Shown one piece after another: positions 12,582 through 26,139 of a stretch of DNA of 64,000 bases. The stretch spans positions 496,001 to 560,000 of the forward strand of contig JALDTO010000142.1 of assembly GCA_023515725.1 (NCBI GenBank), read 5' to 3'. Numbering within the stretch: position 1 is the stretch's first letter; the number at the start of each line of letters is the position of its first letter. The notes below the pieces were generated by a model. That model made no database searches, was not told where the DNA came from, and saw only the letters and a program-made list of their open reading frames with translations. Source of the DNA: Amoeboaphelidium protococcarum X5 (Eukaryota; Fungi; Aphelidiomycota). The position numbers and the translations under genes were made by a program.

Positions 12582-13529
12582 TCACTTTTACTGTTGAGAC
12601 CATTGACCAGGTTAATAGCTCGTAGGAATGTACTGCTAAGGCTACTGCTGTGGATACAGTGCTTGAGGGACGTATTGGGATGGTTGTAACATAGGAGCAG
12701 CTGGATACCATTACTACTAGTGCAATCCAGTAGCTTGACCGAATGACATTGGCTGATAGGATTGAGTTAATGCTTATCCGAACAGAGCAGATTAGCCACC
12801 TGGCTATTGGAACTGACCACCCATTTCTGGAGCATAATCTTGAGAATATCCACCACCACCACCCAATGCTTGCTAACTCCAACCTCCTTGCCATTATTGG
12901 GAACCAGAACCAACTTACTGTCCTAGTGGCAACGCTCCAGATGCAGCAACATAAGGAGTCTACTACTACTACTGGATTAATGGCTGAGATTGTACAACTG
13001 CTGGTAGGACGCGCGGTGCTTCAATGACACGCTCCAGTATTGGCTAACTCAGCTACAGCAACTGTGTCTGATACACATCCCGCTCAATGATTGGCACCAA
13101 TTCTTATATTACGCGCGTTTGCACTGTCTCAGTCACCACCGGCGCAGTCTCACGCTCCTATTGCTCAATTTGGACGCCTTGTTATGGAGGTGGCAGATAG
13201 CGCGTCACTTCTTGCTGCACCAGCTAATTCACGTCAGTCTGGTTCAGCGCGCGATACTCTGCATTCAGAGCGGGCAGTTGCTGCTAAAAGACCTATTGAG
13301 GCTGAACCATTGTCTCCTATCTTCTTTGAATTACTGGGCGCACCAGTTGAATATGACGCTCGCGGTGAATTTGGGGATTCACCTCTTTGATGTTGGTGAC
13401 ATGTTGGCGCTCAACAACAATAGGAGTTTGTTCGATCACTTAGTCCACCTGTTACTCCTAAATGTCATAAGGATCAATCTCAGGAACGCCTTCCTACTTT
13501 GTACTTTCCAATTTACTCTACATTTCCAT
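12582..13529 (-). CDS. Gln/Pro/Val-rich protein with two internal PxVxE...ExxPxIxR repeats and a Gln/Gly/aromatic low-complexity tail
   Basis: Single 315-aa open frame in table 6: MEMQSKLES...TPIVVERQHVTNIKEVNPQIHRERHIQLVRPVIQ...APVVTETVQTRVIQELVPIIERDVYQTQLLQLSQP...QPGQWSQQQK. Resembles the uncharacterised fungal 'allergen'-type repeat proteins (recollection only). Confidence 0.7.
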
Positions 13530-14049
13530 TCAGATTACTTGCTAGATTGGCTAAGCAGTTTGCAGATAATACTTAAAGAAATCAGAGTCATGAAATAAAG
13601 CATTGTAGTGATTATTCGCAGCGTATTAAATGTGTATTTACGTTCTGTCATCACGTCGTAGGACTCTACGCTTTCCGAAATCAGATGAAACAATGATTGA
13701 TCGCATAAGAGAATTGTCGCTGCGTCCTTATGATTCCACATGACATTCACAACGCTTCGGTTTCTGGTTTTTAATGTGTGGTGGATTAAAATTTCTAAGG
13801 CTTTTAGATTCAGAGCTCATAGGATTTCGTTTACTCCTTCAGTTGGTGTCCATGCACGCTGACAAGAGTGTTTTTAAATAAATATCTGTACTACAGTTGC
13901 AACTGCTGTACTGTAACTTTGTCAAGGACAGAGGCCTCGCGCATTATAACTTTAAAACTCTGATTAAGAATATATAATAAATTTTTAATTTCTGTTTATT
14001 TTTACGGTACCATTGTCTATTAATCTATAATTGACATCCTAATTATCCA

Positions 14050-16440
14050 TATGTGGAATCTTGCAAATGCACATAATGTCTATCAGTTGCTTTTTTAGCT
14101 CTGGAAGATGCGACATACTAGAGTTCACCATGAACAAAGACATCATTAGGAAGACAAATCCCACAGCGATTAGTACTTTAGACTTAATAGTTAAAACGGG
14201 CGCCAGTATAACAGGCTTTAATGTCTTTGAACATCTATAGCCTCAAAATCTCCGCAATCTATTGTAACTTTCTAGAGGAAGTGTGCACTACTACCCTTGC
14301 ATATGTCTGCGTCTATACTGCTTGAATATGCGCTCATCCTATATTACTCATTTAATACCTATCTTTGCTTGGACACGCTACTTGAAGTAATTGTTCTACC
14401 ATGCTATTAACTGATGCTTTGGCATGTTGGCCTGTGCTGGCTACAGTATGGATTCATTTCTGGTGAGTCCGGTAAGAGATGAACCAACTGCTGCGATAGA
14501 GCGACCCTGCGCCACCACCCTGTACTTTGCACCTACTTAAAGTCTGGAATAGGTTCGGCAACTATCTCACCTTCATAGGCATCTGGGATGACATTAGAAT
14601 GGCGACCGTTTTGATGCCATGTCAGTAGGCACCTTCTACAGATCGATAATCGGCGCATAAGTTCTCACGGCATACCTCTGCGTCGATTACACCAGACTTC
14701 AAGCCAGCTACTACTACAAAGTACGGCGCGTACTGGTACTTCCAGACATCTCCTCTCCTCTTCTGAGATCGCCAAATCCCCAGATCTCACTGCTGCTTGC
14801 ACTGCCATGCTTGATTAATATGGTCTACTCGTCCAACGCGTCTTGAGAAATTCTACTCGTCCTCAACCTATACAGGCACATCATCGTCGGAATCATCATG
14901 TCGCTACACTGCAGGACTGCTGTCACCACCTTCTTAAAGTGCGCAACGCAGGGCAGGCCTGCGTATATATCTAATGCAACTATGATGGCCGCGAAATCCA
15001 ATCAAGTACTCATCAACCCAAGTCGTTCGATCCAATTTCCAACACTTCTGAATCTCGCCTTCATCACATCCAGCAATTTACGCAGCTTCCAAAATCTATC
15101 TTCTACATCCGTCTCCTCGCTGTACTTTTGCAGAGTATAAGATTAAAGCATAAAAGACATAGAGATTGTGTGACATGATTTTCCCAAAAACTCTAAGTTG
15201 TAGCATTAGGATGAATTCCAGTTGTCCGCCATCTAAGCTTTGTCATTAAAGGTATTCAAAGGGTAGATTATGATAAACTTTGAAAAAGCTTATACAGTCA
15301 TTGGACCTTCATGACTCTTCAATTACCAGCTCCAAAATTTAAACGTCAACTGACAAGAGTGAGAAGCAAACTCAGAATTGCAGATTTTGATAAGAGATTG
15401 CAATCCAGATTTAGACGCATCGTAATAGCAATCAGGATGGAATGATTTCAGTATTGGCAGTGAATCGAAAATGCGTTGACGCTTGTTTGCCACCTTCTTC
15501 AAAGTGTCTTTCATCTTATTCCACTTTTCTAGGATCCATTGAGGAGGTGCACCAAGACCACCATCCACCAAGCAGCTACCCATTTTATATACCAAACCAG
15601 TTGATTCCGCCAAAGCCGCAAGTACCACCTGGAGTAATCGAGGATTTGTTCAGCCTCACGACCAAGCTGATTATCTTCGTAACAGGTGCTCATTTCATAG
15701 TGGCAGCAGAACATTATCATAACAGAAGATCTTTTTTTTTTAAAGCGAACCTCCAACCAGCCAGCATTGACTAAAACGCATTCAATGACAATAGCTTGAA
15801 ATGCGCGTTATTGCCACACAGCGCTCCTGAAAAAGAGCAAACGGTATTACTAACCAAGGACAATCTACCGAAGAAACATGCCATAGAAAATGTGTATTGC
15901 ATAGAGCAAAGTATATTCACTAATAAGTAAATTGCAAACCAATTACGTCGCTTTTCTTTACTGCGCAATTTACGACGAGAGGACGGCTATTCAAGAGGTT
16001 CAAAGAAAGTCTTGTGGTTCATAACCTTTTCTCTGGTCTTGGCAATCTCGTGCATAATCTTTCCTAATTCAAATCGTCAGCAGGGTCCATCTTCGCTGGG
16101 ATATCACTACTTTCATCTTCGACAAGCGTACCATTGTTAATCTCGTGCTTAATCAACAGCTGGCCTTGGGGGATTTTCTTGGTTTACGAAGCCATTCATC
16201 AAATGATGTGTGGTACTTGTCGTCCAAATCACTTCTTAATTAATTCTCTCGTTTTCTTTCAGGAATCATCCCGTCTATCAGCTGTGCCATCATCACCCTA
16301 CCATCTTCGCGGCTGCAGTTAAATGTGGTGATTGCGTACGCAGCAGCCCCATCAATAATGTAAGCAGGTGAGAAAATCAAAGAACCCACTTTTCAAAACT
16401 GCACTTGGATAGCTCTCTATAGCGTCCTAATTTCCCCCAT
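14050..16440 (-). pseudogene. Frameshifted relic of an unidentified gene
   Basis: Protein-like stretches (IIDGAAAYAITTFNCSRED..., FELGKIMHEIAKTREK..., LGAPPQWILEKWNKMK..., DVEDRFWKLRKLLDVMK...) lie in changing frames with several TGA stops. Boundaries approximate. Confidence 0.45.
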
Positions 16441-16863
16441 TTTAAAGCGTCAATTAAACTTTGATTATACAAGTCGATTTATAACGCTAAACCTACTTGA
16501 ACAGGAAGAGAGAGAGAGAAGTCGCCTTTGTTAGAGAGCAAGCTTTGAAAGCTGCAATTTTCCCATCTACAGTACGTCGTTGCATTTCGATTGAAACAAT
16601 GATCGAACTCCAACAATTGCATCAATTAATATGCTGTATCTGCACGCTTAATCGAATATTTCAGTCTATCATTAACCGCAATAACATTTAAAATCACGTA
16701 TTTTATAGTCTAATAGTTCCATCTCCGCTTGACTGTTTTAAATAGCGATGACATTTACTTGACAACGCTTGTAACACAATCACGGCTTAATTTTAAACTT
16801 TTAGCACTCAATTCGAAATCTCTTCTACCACTTGAAATTACTAAAACCATCATCGGTAAAGAT

Positions 16864-17424
16864 ATGAAGTACACCCTACTGTTTTTAGCGGCGATATTCT
16901 GTATCTTGTTGACAGAGACTCTGGTTGAGGGTGCTTGCGAAGACTATTCGAACAACAAAACTTTATGCATTGAAACGAAATGTAGTTGGTGTCAGCCAAA
17001 AGATAAAACTGTTGCGGGATCCTGTGGATTAATATCATCTTACTGTGATGGAGAGTAGTTTTTTTTATCTGAAAACATAAACACCACATCTGCCGGTCTG
17101 ATATTCCTGTATGTGTTAATCGCGTTGGGTATTCCGGCCTTGATATTATTCGTCTACTTGAAGTGGTCTTGTTTGAAGTCCTCCATTAAGAGGGGCAAGA
17201 TATAGAATAGATACGCTTTCGAGAACAACATGAATAAACTATCTGACAAGTGGACCAAGGTGACCACGAAGCTTAATCCAAAGCAAGGGCGCAGTAAGGA
17301 TGGCAAATTGTTGGATGCTGAACAGATTATCGCGTCATCTGATTATGGCATGAGGAGCAGTGGTAGTAGCTCGACATCTCCATCAACAAAGACGTCAAAG
17401 ATTGGCGGATTGTTTAAAAAGTGA
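16864..17424 (+). CDS. Small type-I membrane protein: signal peptide, Cys-rich (PSI-like) ectodomain, TM helix, basic tail
   Basis: MKYTLLFLAAIFCILLTETLVEG / ACEDY...CIETKCSWC...C...C / GLIFLYVLIALGIPALILFVYL. ORFs 16729-17058 and 17230-17424 are one frame. Confidence 0.8.
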
Positions 17425-17453
17425 TTTTATGAGACACAGATGTTGTAATAATC

Positions 17454-20162
17454 TCAATTCAGTTCATGTTCATCAATCGGAATCTCTAATATTTCCTTCA
17501 TAATAAAGGTTCCGCAATCTTCATCTTTCCAGTAGTTGAAGTGAGCACTCAGAGCTGATAGATACGGATTCTCAATAAAACTGATATTCAGCGAGTAGTC
17601 CAATCTTCTTCGGCGAGGATTGAGACAAGCCAGAATCTGCTCCGTGGTAAACTTTGGAGACGGACACTTTTCCACAACGACTTCCGGCACAGGCGTATCA
17701 CTTCTTCCACCAAAAGGATTAGTCGTCATCCCGGATGTATATTCCACAGACGAAGCATCAGATCTGGCAGACATTCTATCAGCCTTTGATCTCCTGTCCT
17801 TTGATTTTCTCGATTTTGCGTCTAGCTCTATATTGTCTTACTTCACCTTGTCCCCTTCCATCGTGCTCATTGTCTACTTGAAAGCCATAGAAGCAATAAC
17901 AGTGCTCTTCAACTGATCCAAGAGTCCAGTAGCTTTATTAGCAAAATCATTCGTAGTTTTAGACGCGATTTCTCCAATATTAAAAAGGCTTGATGAAGGC
18001 TTACCATTAGGCACCACTGCAGGCTTCTAGCTGGCTAAAGATTTAGCAATCATGGGCTCACACCGATTAGCAATGGGATCATTCGGGTGGAAAATGGAAT
18101 ACATTCCATCCGTATGGAAATGCATAACTTCATTAGCGTGAAAGTCCCACAGCTGATTAATCAGAGCACTCTTGTCGTCCTCTAGGCAAACTGGATGCTT
18201 CTAATGCCACAGCTAATAAAACTCTAACATGGCAGTGAGTGACGCTCCAATCCTTTTTGATTTCAACAAAGCAAATAATCCCAGTGGACTGCCTAGTAAG
18301 AAGAACTTGGAAACCGAGAAATTGAGACATGTCCTCACTTCATCGTCGTATTAACGCTTCTTCTTCTTCTATATGGCAAGACTAGGATACTTTTGATGGT
18401 ACACTTCTGATAAATCGACAGGACTTTCTGGCTAGTCGCAATCAGCGGGCTACCCAACAAGTCCCTGCTTGACATCGTGATGATAACACAAGACGTCAGA
18501 GACTATAATACTGCCAAGACTATGAGACACCACGTGAACTTGACCAACTTTACCATCAGCACCAGGCTCTAAGAATGAAGGATGCTTAGATACGAATATG
18601 GCATACAAACGATTCATTTCAGAAATCAGCCTGACCAGCATATCAGTCTTATGTCGAGGTTCCATGTACAGGAGAACATCCAACAGTACATCTGATATGA
18701 TGTTACGCAAAGCAGGTATAGTATCCAAATTAATATCTTAAAGCGATGGGACTTCATCTTCGGGCATATCCTGATCTTGAACTGGTCTCTCATCAAAACT
18801 CAGCTTCTTTCTCCATTCAATAGGAATTACCATAATATTCGGCGGTTTATAGAGCTCAAACTTTCCTTGATTATTATTATCGCCACTGCTTTTCTTGGCT
18901 AATTTCTTGTTAACCACAGGAACAATGTTATTCTAGATGGAATCCTTAAAGTTCTTCCTTAACACTGTAACATCCTCAATAAAGTTCACAGCAGACAATT
19001 TCTCGCCCAACTTTTATCCAATGCCGTGAATAGCAAATACCAAGTGTCTAATATTCTGCTAACCTTATAACCATTCTTAGGAAGAATCTACAATTTCTAT
19101 ACCGGTCTACTTGTTCTCTTTGCCGTCATCCTTTGTCAAATTCGCAGCTTTAGTATAAAGCGGTTACTGTTGTGATGATGATGGTGATGTTGAATATTAA
19201 GCCGGCTTTTTAGATGGACTACTAGAGCCAGACTTTTCGCTCTTTTAACTTTTACTCCGAAAATCCTCTACATTATTCCACCCTCTTATAACTCTAGTTC
19301 CCCAATAGCTCTCATTAGAACTACTTATCCTAACATAGATAGCCTAAGCAACTGTAGAAGTAATGTCATCTTTGCAAAGCCATCCACCAGTCTGTGAATT
19401 ATAAACAACAAACTACGCAGAGTACTTGCCAAACAGTGACCATTTAAGCTTAGATTATATCGATTATTACTATTACTACTATTGTTACTGTTAAGTCTAT
19501 CCCGGCAAAGAACTTTGAGAAGTAGGAGATAGAATAGACTCTGACTTGTCATCTTATTATTGAGATGATGCTATGAGTGGAGCAAATACATTATACGGTT
19601 TAAACTTTAGATATCCATCCTCAATCTACTGAGCCATCAGCTCCTCTATTGGATTATACTTGGCATTTGCACCGGTTCCCTCGACAGTGAACCACGATGC
19701 TCTTATCACTGGATACGCAGGACCATCCCAATATACTGGATAAATGATTCTCTTTTAAATGTCCACTTCATACAGATAATCTTCATTTACTATCACTTTT
19801 CCAACTTGAGATTGATTCTTCTACAAAGCAATATACGCATTTTCAAGAGCAAGTTCTTCGTCAGCAGAAAACTGCGTCCACACTGTAGGAACACCAGCTT
19901 GCCTATTGGCTAAAGCCTGATCATTCAAAATCTGAGCCTGTTTAGTATCACGATGGGGAGTAGAATCCAAGTCTTCATCATTATCATCATAATTATCACC
20001 ATGATCAATATCATCAGTGCGGGACGGTGTATCTCGATTTTTAGGCGTCCCATTCTGTAACTCATCCTGCCAGTTATAGCATGCATGAACAGGATTATTC
20101 GTCGCCTTGAACCACTTATACGCCAACTAAGGAGGTTGATCTTGTAAAATTAGAGATTCCAT
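17454..20162 (-). CDS. DDHD-domain intracellular phospholipase A1
   Basis: HLVFAIHGIG, VSHSLGS, FFLLGSPLGLF, IFHPNDPIANRCEP, RLDYSL, SAHFNYW. One 902-aa frame. Confidence 0.92.
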
Positions 20163-20468
20163 TCTGCAAATATGAAATGGGATGACTATAAGGATAATAA
20201 AAGACAGAAGAACAGTGTACGAACAAAACGATTCACAGCAATGTGCTGGAGAAGTGAGCCCTTGACAGAAGAAGAAGAAGATTGACTAACGCATGAGACG
20301 CGGAACGCGGGAACAATTGGAGCGAGATTCAACCGCAAATGGGCTATTTTTACGATTTACGGAGAATGTCTCAATATCATCATCCTACTTATTCTTGATT
20401 ATCTTTGTTTTTTTTAAAGAATTCATATACTACATTCAGTGTAAAATAACCTTGTAATAGAGTACGAA

Positions 20469-21323
20469 ATGACATCTAGATCAATTGAGCTTATGGAGAC
20501 GGGACTTTACAAATCATCTCATTTGAACAAGTCCATGATTAGTTTGAATCATCTCGGAGGGAGTAACAATGCAACACCAAAAATGCGTAATATTGACGGC
20601 TCATTGACATTACAACATATCCCGCATGATACATAGTCCTTGTTGAATTCTTTTGCATACCTCTTTCTGGGCAGCGCATCGTTGGGAGTGACAATTGGGT
20701 TGATTCTGGCAGACGAGATGAAGAAGATTTAGCGAAGCTAGTAATAGTAATCAGCTAATCGACTGCTCGCTGTCGGTGTCAGTGATAGTGCAGAGCCGGC
20801 GTAGATGAGCCAAGCCGGTGCTAATGAGTGTTTTGTATTATCAAAATACTTCTAAACCGAAGTTGTTATTGTGAGCGCAATGCAGAAGACTACGGGATCG
20901 ACAATGAAGTTTGGCTCGGGAGGAAATTACAAGTATCGTGTTTATCTGATGCAACTTGCGCCACTGATCTGCGAGCCGATCGTGTTTCAGGCTGGCAATG
21001 AAGTCTTCAAACAATTCCGGTGTGATGATGAAGCTCTATTCAATGATGCAAAGGCTTTCGCGTTCATATGCACTGAGCTCTCATCTATTATTGTGTAGAA
21101 TACTAGCTCACTGCTGGAAGATGGGATCGTTCGCACAAGTAGCACAGCTACACTGTTCAACTCTGCAGACAGTGTCCGAAACAAACGATTCAAGAGAATA
21201 TGTGGATTAGATAGAGAAGATTTCTGTCAAGTTGCAATAATTGCTCTAATAACTTCAGCCGCTATTGGTCTAATTCTACTCTTGACAAGTCTATTGGATC
21301 CAAATACGCGAGTGACTTTTTGA
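20469..21323 (+). CDS. Hypothetical protein with C-terminal TM anchor
   Basis: 284-aa open frame in table 6 ending ...VAIIALITSAAIGLILLLTSLLDPNTRVTF-TGA. Confidence 0.7.
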
Positions 21324-21343
21324 TTAACACTCATATCAATCTA

Positions 21344-22306
21344 TCAATCAATATAATTTTTTGTGATATTCCACAATTTTGTCTATACTTCTTTATCTTG
21401 AGGATAGTCTGTCTACTTCATCACCCTGCCCTTGAACATAAAGCCACCAGAAAGATTCTACTCTGTGAACAGACCGGCGGCAACCAAACTAACTGCACCG
21501 TCGTCTACAGTCATCTTTGCGGCACCAAGTTTCCCTTCAATCTCTTTTGATGTGAATCCATAGCTTTCTCTCAGCAAATTAGTTCTAATGTAGCCAGGAT
21601 CAATGCATACACTCTCCACCGCAACTCCTTTCAGATCTAATCCTTTCACATACTCATTTTAATCCTTTTCAACATTAAACATACTATGAACGTAATTTGA
21701 CCACACCAACTGCGACAACTTTGACTGACAATACACTTTCCAAAAATCATATTCATTACTTTGCTTTAACAGGTTATCAAAATCCAGTTTAACAGTTCTG
21801 TAACAACCAGCGCTAGTATTGATAACACGCATCGAATTGGAGACTGGTTTATCCAACTTGGCAATATTACGCATCATTCCATGTGTGAAAACGGCATGAC
21901 TTAGATAGTTGCTTTGGAAAGTTAGTTCAATGTCATCCCTGGTCAACACCCGGTCTTTGGACATCATGCCAGCATTATTGATGATAAAATCAGGACAAAT
22001 GCCAACATAGTCCTAATAATCTTTCAGAGATAGATGGATATCTTCTAACGAACTCAGATCCATCTTAATGGCAAAAAATTATTGCTCCTTCTTCACCTCT
22101 TCGGATGATGCATTTTGATCACGAAATGGTATCAGCTGTTACTGAATAACATTTTTCCCATCCACAAGCTTCCGGCATCCAAGGACAACATTACATCCCA
22201 GGGCAGAGTACACCTTGGCAGCCTGCAGACCAATACCTTGCGTGGCACCAGTGATGAACAAAGTCTTTCCAATCAGCGACTTGGTACCCAAAAATTTACT
22301 AGCCAT
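21344..22306 (-). CDS. Short-chain dehydrogenase/reductase (retinol-dehydrogenase-like)
   Basis: FITGATQGIG, MDLSSL, IINNAG, YCQSK (YxxxK), IDPGYIRTNL. Confidence 0.92.
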
Positions 22307-22706
22307 GACGTAAGATATATTGTTTTAGTTTCTGCAGGAGAAACGAAGGAAGAGACGGACGCAGTGATGATATTCAAAAGAGATGAAACGGCACAGCTGA
22401 ATCAATAACAGCATGTAGATAGACTGATGACTGAAGTTGTTAACTGATATTTAGTGGAGGCAATGAATATATGCCGATCCATTTTATTGAAATAAATGCC
22501 CTTCTCAGTTAATGCCTCTTCAAAGGATTGAAACACAGAGCTAAATTTAGACTGCATCAATCCAAGACCGTAATCTATATTCAATTACTACTTCTCTTTA
22601 ATCTTCATCAGCTGACTGACTAATTCATTTTTATTATTCAGGTGTTATTATACTTGAACAATAGTCGCTATAATTGTAACGAATTAAATATTGGGATATA
22701 ACTGAT

Positions 22707-24089
22707 ATGGCACCGATTGCGGATTCTAAAGGAAGCAAAGACGCGACAGAGGCAGCGGTCAACAGCGGATCAACGAGCCTTGTCAGGAAGAAGAGCCTAA
22801 TCCCTAGACCATCTAGTGGTAAGATTAGCAGTGTTTAGTAGTAACAGCAGTCGAAAAGTATCAATGCTTCAGATTCATATGATATTTTACAGTAATCCTC
22901 TGCTAGCAGCTTCAGGGCAATGTCCATCTCCTCAGCAGAGTATGAGCCTACGCCGCCCAAGAGGGAGATGACAGCGGGAAGTTAAAAGTTCAAACGCGAC
23001 CGAATACGTACACCTGGTAAGCTGAGAAACTTTTTTGATGAGGCCAAAAAGACACCGAAGAAAGCTAGTGATAACTCCTCAATACCTCAACTGTACAAAG
23101 AGATGGTGGTGTCTGCCCAGTCGCTGTCTAAATCATCATCAGGCATAGGAAGCGACTTTATGGTTAGTGCTCGCTCGTCTCGCGTTAACTCTATAAGTTC
23201 AACTCCATCGGCAACTCTCAAGCAGTCTGCTCCGCTTACTATTCTGAATGGATCGACATCTGCATCAAACTAAATAGGTAGTCCAAAGACTATGCCTCGC
23301 GTCAAGGCTAGATCCTCCTCCTTCTCATCGTCTTTGAGTTAGTCGTAGATGCAACACGAAAAAGTGATTTAGTAATCCATACAGAAACTTTAAAAAGAGT
23401 CTCAGCCTAAAAATGGTCTTAACATGGATGCATTTTCCGCGTCCAAGGCGATGGGAAGTTTCCCCAAGATTATAAAGTAGTAGCCTGCTGAGAAGTAGCA
23501 ATCGCGCAATAAATCCGCAACTGCATATACTTAGCCAAAGATCAAGATACTACCTCAAAGCTCATCTTTTGATTCAACCAAGTAGCTGAATAAGTCTTCC
23601 ACTGGTTTGAAAAAGTCGACTAGTGTTAGAAAGTAGAAGCCGAAGGATGTCGGTAGTGATAATGCTGATCCTTAATCTCTGTTCAGTTCAACTGAATAGT
23701 TGATTACCGCGCCTGCCATCAGCGCACCATCTACAATAGATAAACTACCTGGATAAAACAATGCCCCTGTTCCTACAGAAGATGCTAAACCGGTAGAGAG
23801 GCCTCCTACTCCAGATGGAATGAAGAGATGCGAGTTCTGCGAGAGGACTTTTAATCTGGATAGAATTGAAAAGCACTAAGGTGCATGCGCGTCAAGTCCG
23901 TCTAAGAAGCAGCGCAAAGTCATGGATGGAAAGACACTGCGTACTAAGAATACCGAATTTGAAAAGAATGTCAAGCGGATGGCTAAGCAACCATAACAAA
24001 GTGTACCCAAAAAGAAGAAAGCCGACTGGCGCAAGTAACATGAAGATTTTATAAATGCTATCAGAGCAGCAAAGTCACAATCTTCGTGA
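22707..24089 (+). CDS. C2HC zinc-finger protein (ZC2HC1-like) with long Ser/Lys/Gln-rich N-terminus
   Basis: RCEFCERTFNLDRIEKHQGAC and KKADWRKQHEDFINAIRAAK. Open only with TAR=Gln. Confidence 0.82.
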
Positions 24090-24480
24090 TTTAATCAGTG
24101 AGATATAGTGGGGGAGTTGTTGAACTTATTACAATGTTGTTGACTCCATTACTGCTTTACTCTTATTCTCTTCATCTGATGACTTCATCAAACATGAGAT
24201 AGATACATATGATCTTCACTATGGAATATCATGATTATGTGACAGCCAAGCATTGATGATATTGTGCCACGTCAAATGTAACAGGGCCTTCCATTGAACG
24301 ACGTTCCACGAGAATGGTTGCGTGACACACTTCCGCCAAGCGTAACATGCATTAGTATGGCGCCCCTCTGATTGGCTGCCTCGATTCTTTTTAATCACAG
24401 TGATCAATCTTTAGCATTCTTTTCTCCTAAGTATATATATACTTGAATACAGACTTATAAATTATTATACTGCATCCGAG

Positions 24481-24978
24481 ATGTTTGGTTAAAGATAAAT
24501 CATTGTAACATTGCTACTTGCAATCAACATTCGCGCGTAATCTGTCGGGGAAGCTGTTGCTTATCATGAAGGCAAAGTGTACTATCCAGCTAAAGAGCCA
24601 GTTCCACAGCCCGAAATTAGAGAGCCTATTATCATTGATGAGCCGGTAAAATAGTCACAGACTACTGTCAGTGCCGCTACTGAGCCGTCCCCTTAGCCTT
24701 AGTAGCCAGCGTCGTCTAGAAATGCCACAATGCTGAACAGCACCATGATCACCGCTCCTCCTTCTTTGCTGCCTAATGTGAACGCGTCAGATAACGCCAC
24801 CTAGTATCAAGCTTCATCCTCAAAGAATGATAGCACCAACTCTACAAAGATAGCAGACTCCTAGAATGACACTGATAAAGATTACACCGCTCCGGTGAGA
24901 GATGAAGTGAGCTCAGGATCTGCTGTGGTGACTTCTCTTCTGTACTCGTCCGCATTACTTGCTATGATGTTTCTATGA
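24481..24978 (+). CDS. Small secreted, probably GPI-anchored Ser/Thr/Pro-rich glycoprotein
   Basis: N-terminal IIVTLLLAINIRA, many NxS/T sequons (NAT, NST, NAS, NDS, NDT), C-terminal SSG + hydrophobic AVVTSLLYSSALLAMMFL. Confidence 0.75.
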
Positions 24979-25246
24979 TGACTTTACATTATAATAATAA
25001 ATTTTCTATAATAGTTTAAATTATCTATAACGCATTTTTCTGCTTTCCTAATATACTCAGTATCTGACAGCATAATTGAAAATTGATCTAAATTCGTCGC
25101 TGAGGCTGAACAACTTTTCTGTGATCGACCTGAAACAACCAAGGCTGACTGTCGCTTTTACCAACAGCAACAACGACTTGGTTTTGTTTATATTGACATC
25201 CGTTGTTCATACAGCCTCATAACTTAACGCATAAACTGTTGTCAAA

Positions 25247-25266
25247 TATATATATATATATATATA
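25247..25266. repeat. (TA)10 microsatellite directly upstream of the GNAT start codon
   Basis: Direct reading. Confidence 0.9.
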
Positions 25267-25268
25267 GA

Positions 25269-25967
25269 ATGATGAATGGTATGGATTTTTTGGGTAAGAT
25301 TAAGGAGGAATTACAGCGAGCGAATCTAATGTCACCTCCGCAAGCTAAAGTGTCAAGAATGCGACAGCACCAACATTAGTCTGAAGAAGCATAAAACAAT
25401 AGCACCTCCACAAAGATGACACAAGACTCGGGAAGTAGATTTATATGCAGAAAAGTCGGTAGTAATGACATTGACTAGTTGAGACAATTTAATGAAGATT
25501 TATTCCCGGTAAAGTATCAGAAACAGTATTATGATGATCTGCTGCGGTATGAGAAGCAGTGGAGAAAAGATGACGACTTTATGCACGTAATTGCCTTCAT
25601 CGTTATTGACCGGAGATGTGAAAACGGTAACCCGATCGTAGCCTCTATTGGATGTAGAATACAGTATGGATAGTAGGAGGGACATCATGCGTACATAATG
25701 AGCCTCGGTGTTCGACCATCATATCGAAACAAGGGTTTTGCGCGTCACTTGATGAGAAAAGTGCTCTCAATGATTCGAAGCTAAGAGATTAACGTTTCGC
25801 TTGACGTCCTTCCTTCAAACGAAGCTGCGATTAATTTGTATCGGTCGTTCAACTTTGTAGTGTCCCACGTCAATGTTGCCTATTACACTATAGATGGTTA
25901 GGAATGCGATTCGCTGCACATGATCAAGTATCATTAAGATTCTCTTAAAGAGGAAGGATTAGTATGA
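25269..25967 (+). CDS. GNAT acetyltransferase (Naa50/Naa60-like)
   Basis: LFPVKY, YIMSLGVRPSYRNKGFARHLM, LDVLPSNEAAINLYRSFNF, AYY. Confidence 0.88.
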
Positions 25968-26139
25968 TGATATTGAAATGTAAGTTAACTTGTGTGATAT
26001 GATGTTTGAGTTTCTAGAGCTTGAATTTCCAACGCGACCAAAATTTATTGCTGATCAAACAAACCGTCGCACGAACAACTGGGAAATACATAATACAGCA
26101 GATATATAATGAAAGCAAGTAAAAATATCTAATAAGTAC

